DNA of 64,000 nucleotides from Podospora anserina (Eukaryota): NCBI GenBank assembly GCA_017654855.1, contig CM030332.1, positions 3,968,001 to 4,032,000 of the forward strand, read 5' to 3'. Shown piece by piece: positions 63,061 to 64,000 of this stretch (position 1 is its first letter; each line of letters starts with the position of its first letter). The notes under the pieces were generated by a model. It saw only the letters and a program-made list of their open reading frames with translations, ran no database searches and was not told where the DNA came from. The position numbers and the translations under genes were made by a program.

Positions 63061-63646
63061 ATGGCAACAATGAGCGCCTCCTCATCATCATCCTCCTCCT
63101 CCTCCTCCTCCTCCTCCTCCTCCCCAGCAGCAGCAAAAGCCAGACCGATCCCCTCGCGGAACCCGCTACCGCTGTCGGCGTCGCAGGAGGCGCAGGTGAG
63201 GGATGTGTTTTATGCCCGGGTGAGGGCGAAGTGCGGGCCTGAGATTAAAGGTATTTCCCCCCCCCCCTTCTCGCCAGTACCTCGCTAACCCCCTCCCAGC
63301 ATTTGCAGACTGCGCCCAAGGCCGCACCTTCTCCGCGCCTTTTCTCTGCCGCGGACCCCTCCACGTGATGAACAACTGCATGAAGATCCACGCCACGCCC
63401 GAGGAACAGGACGCCGCGAGGGAGGAGTGGTTTGAGAAGCGGGTGGAGAGACAAAAGGAAAAGGAGAGGAAGGCGAGGAGGAAGCTGGAGCAGGAGAAGT
63501 TTTTGAGGGAGTGGTGGGGTTTGCCGGAGAAGGATAGGGAGATTGCGAGGAGAGAGATGGAGAAGTTGGAACGGCCGGAGAGGATAGGGGGGTTTGTGAG
63601 TGAGAGGAGGAAGAGGTTTGGGGAAGAGGGGGGGGAGGGGAGGTGA
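63061..63646 (+). CDS. Cmc1-like twin CX9C cytochrome c oxidase assembly protein
   Basis: Intron 63251-63299 joins ARVRAKCGPEIK to AFADCAQGRTFSAPFLCRGPLHVMNNC, giving CX9C...CX9C. Confidence 0.8.
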
Positions 63647-64000
63647 TGGTGGGGGGGTTTGTGATATGGAATGGTGGCCATGGAAGAAGGCAAGCGTACG
63701 CGAGGGACTTGTAATATATGGAATGAGCATGATACCAGACACGATGGGGATATCAGAGGGGTTCGGTCTGGCAAAGGGCGTTTTTATGGGTTTGATATCG
63801 CATGGTAGGGAAGGGGGGGCTGCGCAGGTCGAAACACAACTCTGTACAAATTTCAAGTGGATTGGGATGTCAAATTCAAGATCCGCCATGTGCGAAATGG
63901 AGGGTGTGCTGGTGGTCGGTCAGTTTCGACGGTCATCAGCTGAGCTTATGGAACTGGTGAACGTGATGGTTTCAGAAAACGAAAGCAATGGTATCTATCA

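Overview
Gene-dense eukaryotic DNA from a filamentous ascomycete. Short GT-AG introns with CTAAC/CTGAC branch sites, a dispersed 5S rRNA gene and the gene content suggest Sordariales, probably Podospora-like. The window holds about 20 protein-coding loci, mostly housekeeping: HPM1-like methyltransferase, Baeyer-Villiger monooxygenase, SDH7/ACN9, DHR2, GTPBP1/2-like GTPase, mitochondrial ThrRS, UTP11, CorA-like protein, GH47 mannosidase, Maf, phospholipase B, his-3, TAF9, lipin, an FN3/coiled-coil protein and CMC1. The standout is 5.6-20.6 kb, where two tandem patatin-NB-ARC-TPR NLR genes sit next to a strikingly divergent SEC9 SNARE gene. This matches the architecture of the known plp/sec-9 (Neurospora) and het-z (Podospora) allorecognition cell-death system, so the system type is not new. 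Here the first NLR copy reads as broken (three -1 frameshifts plus an in-frame TAA) and the second is intact. All calls come from reading motifs by eye; no database searches were run.
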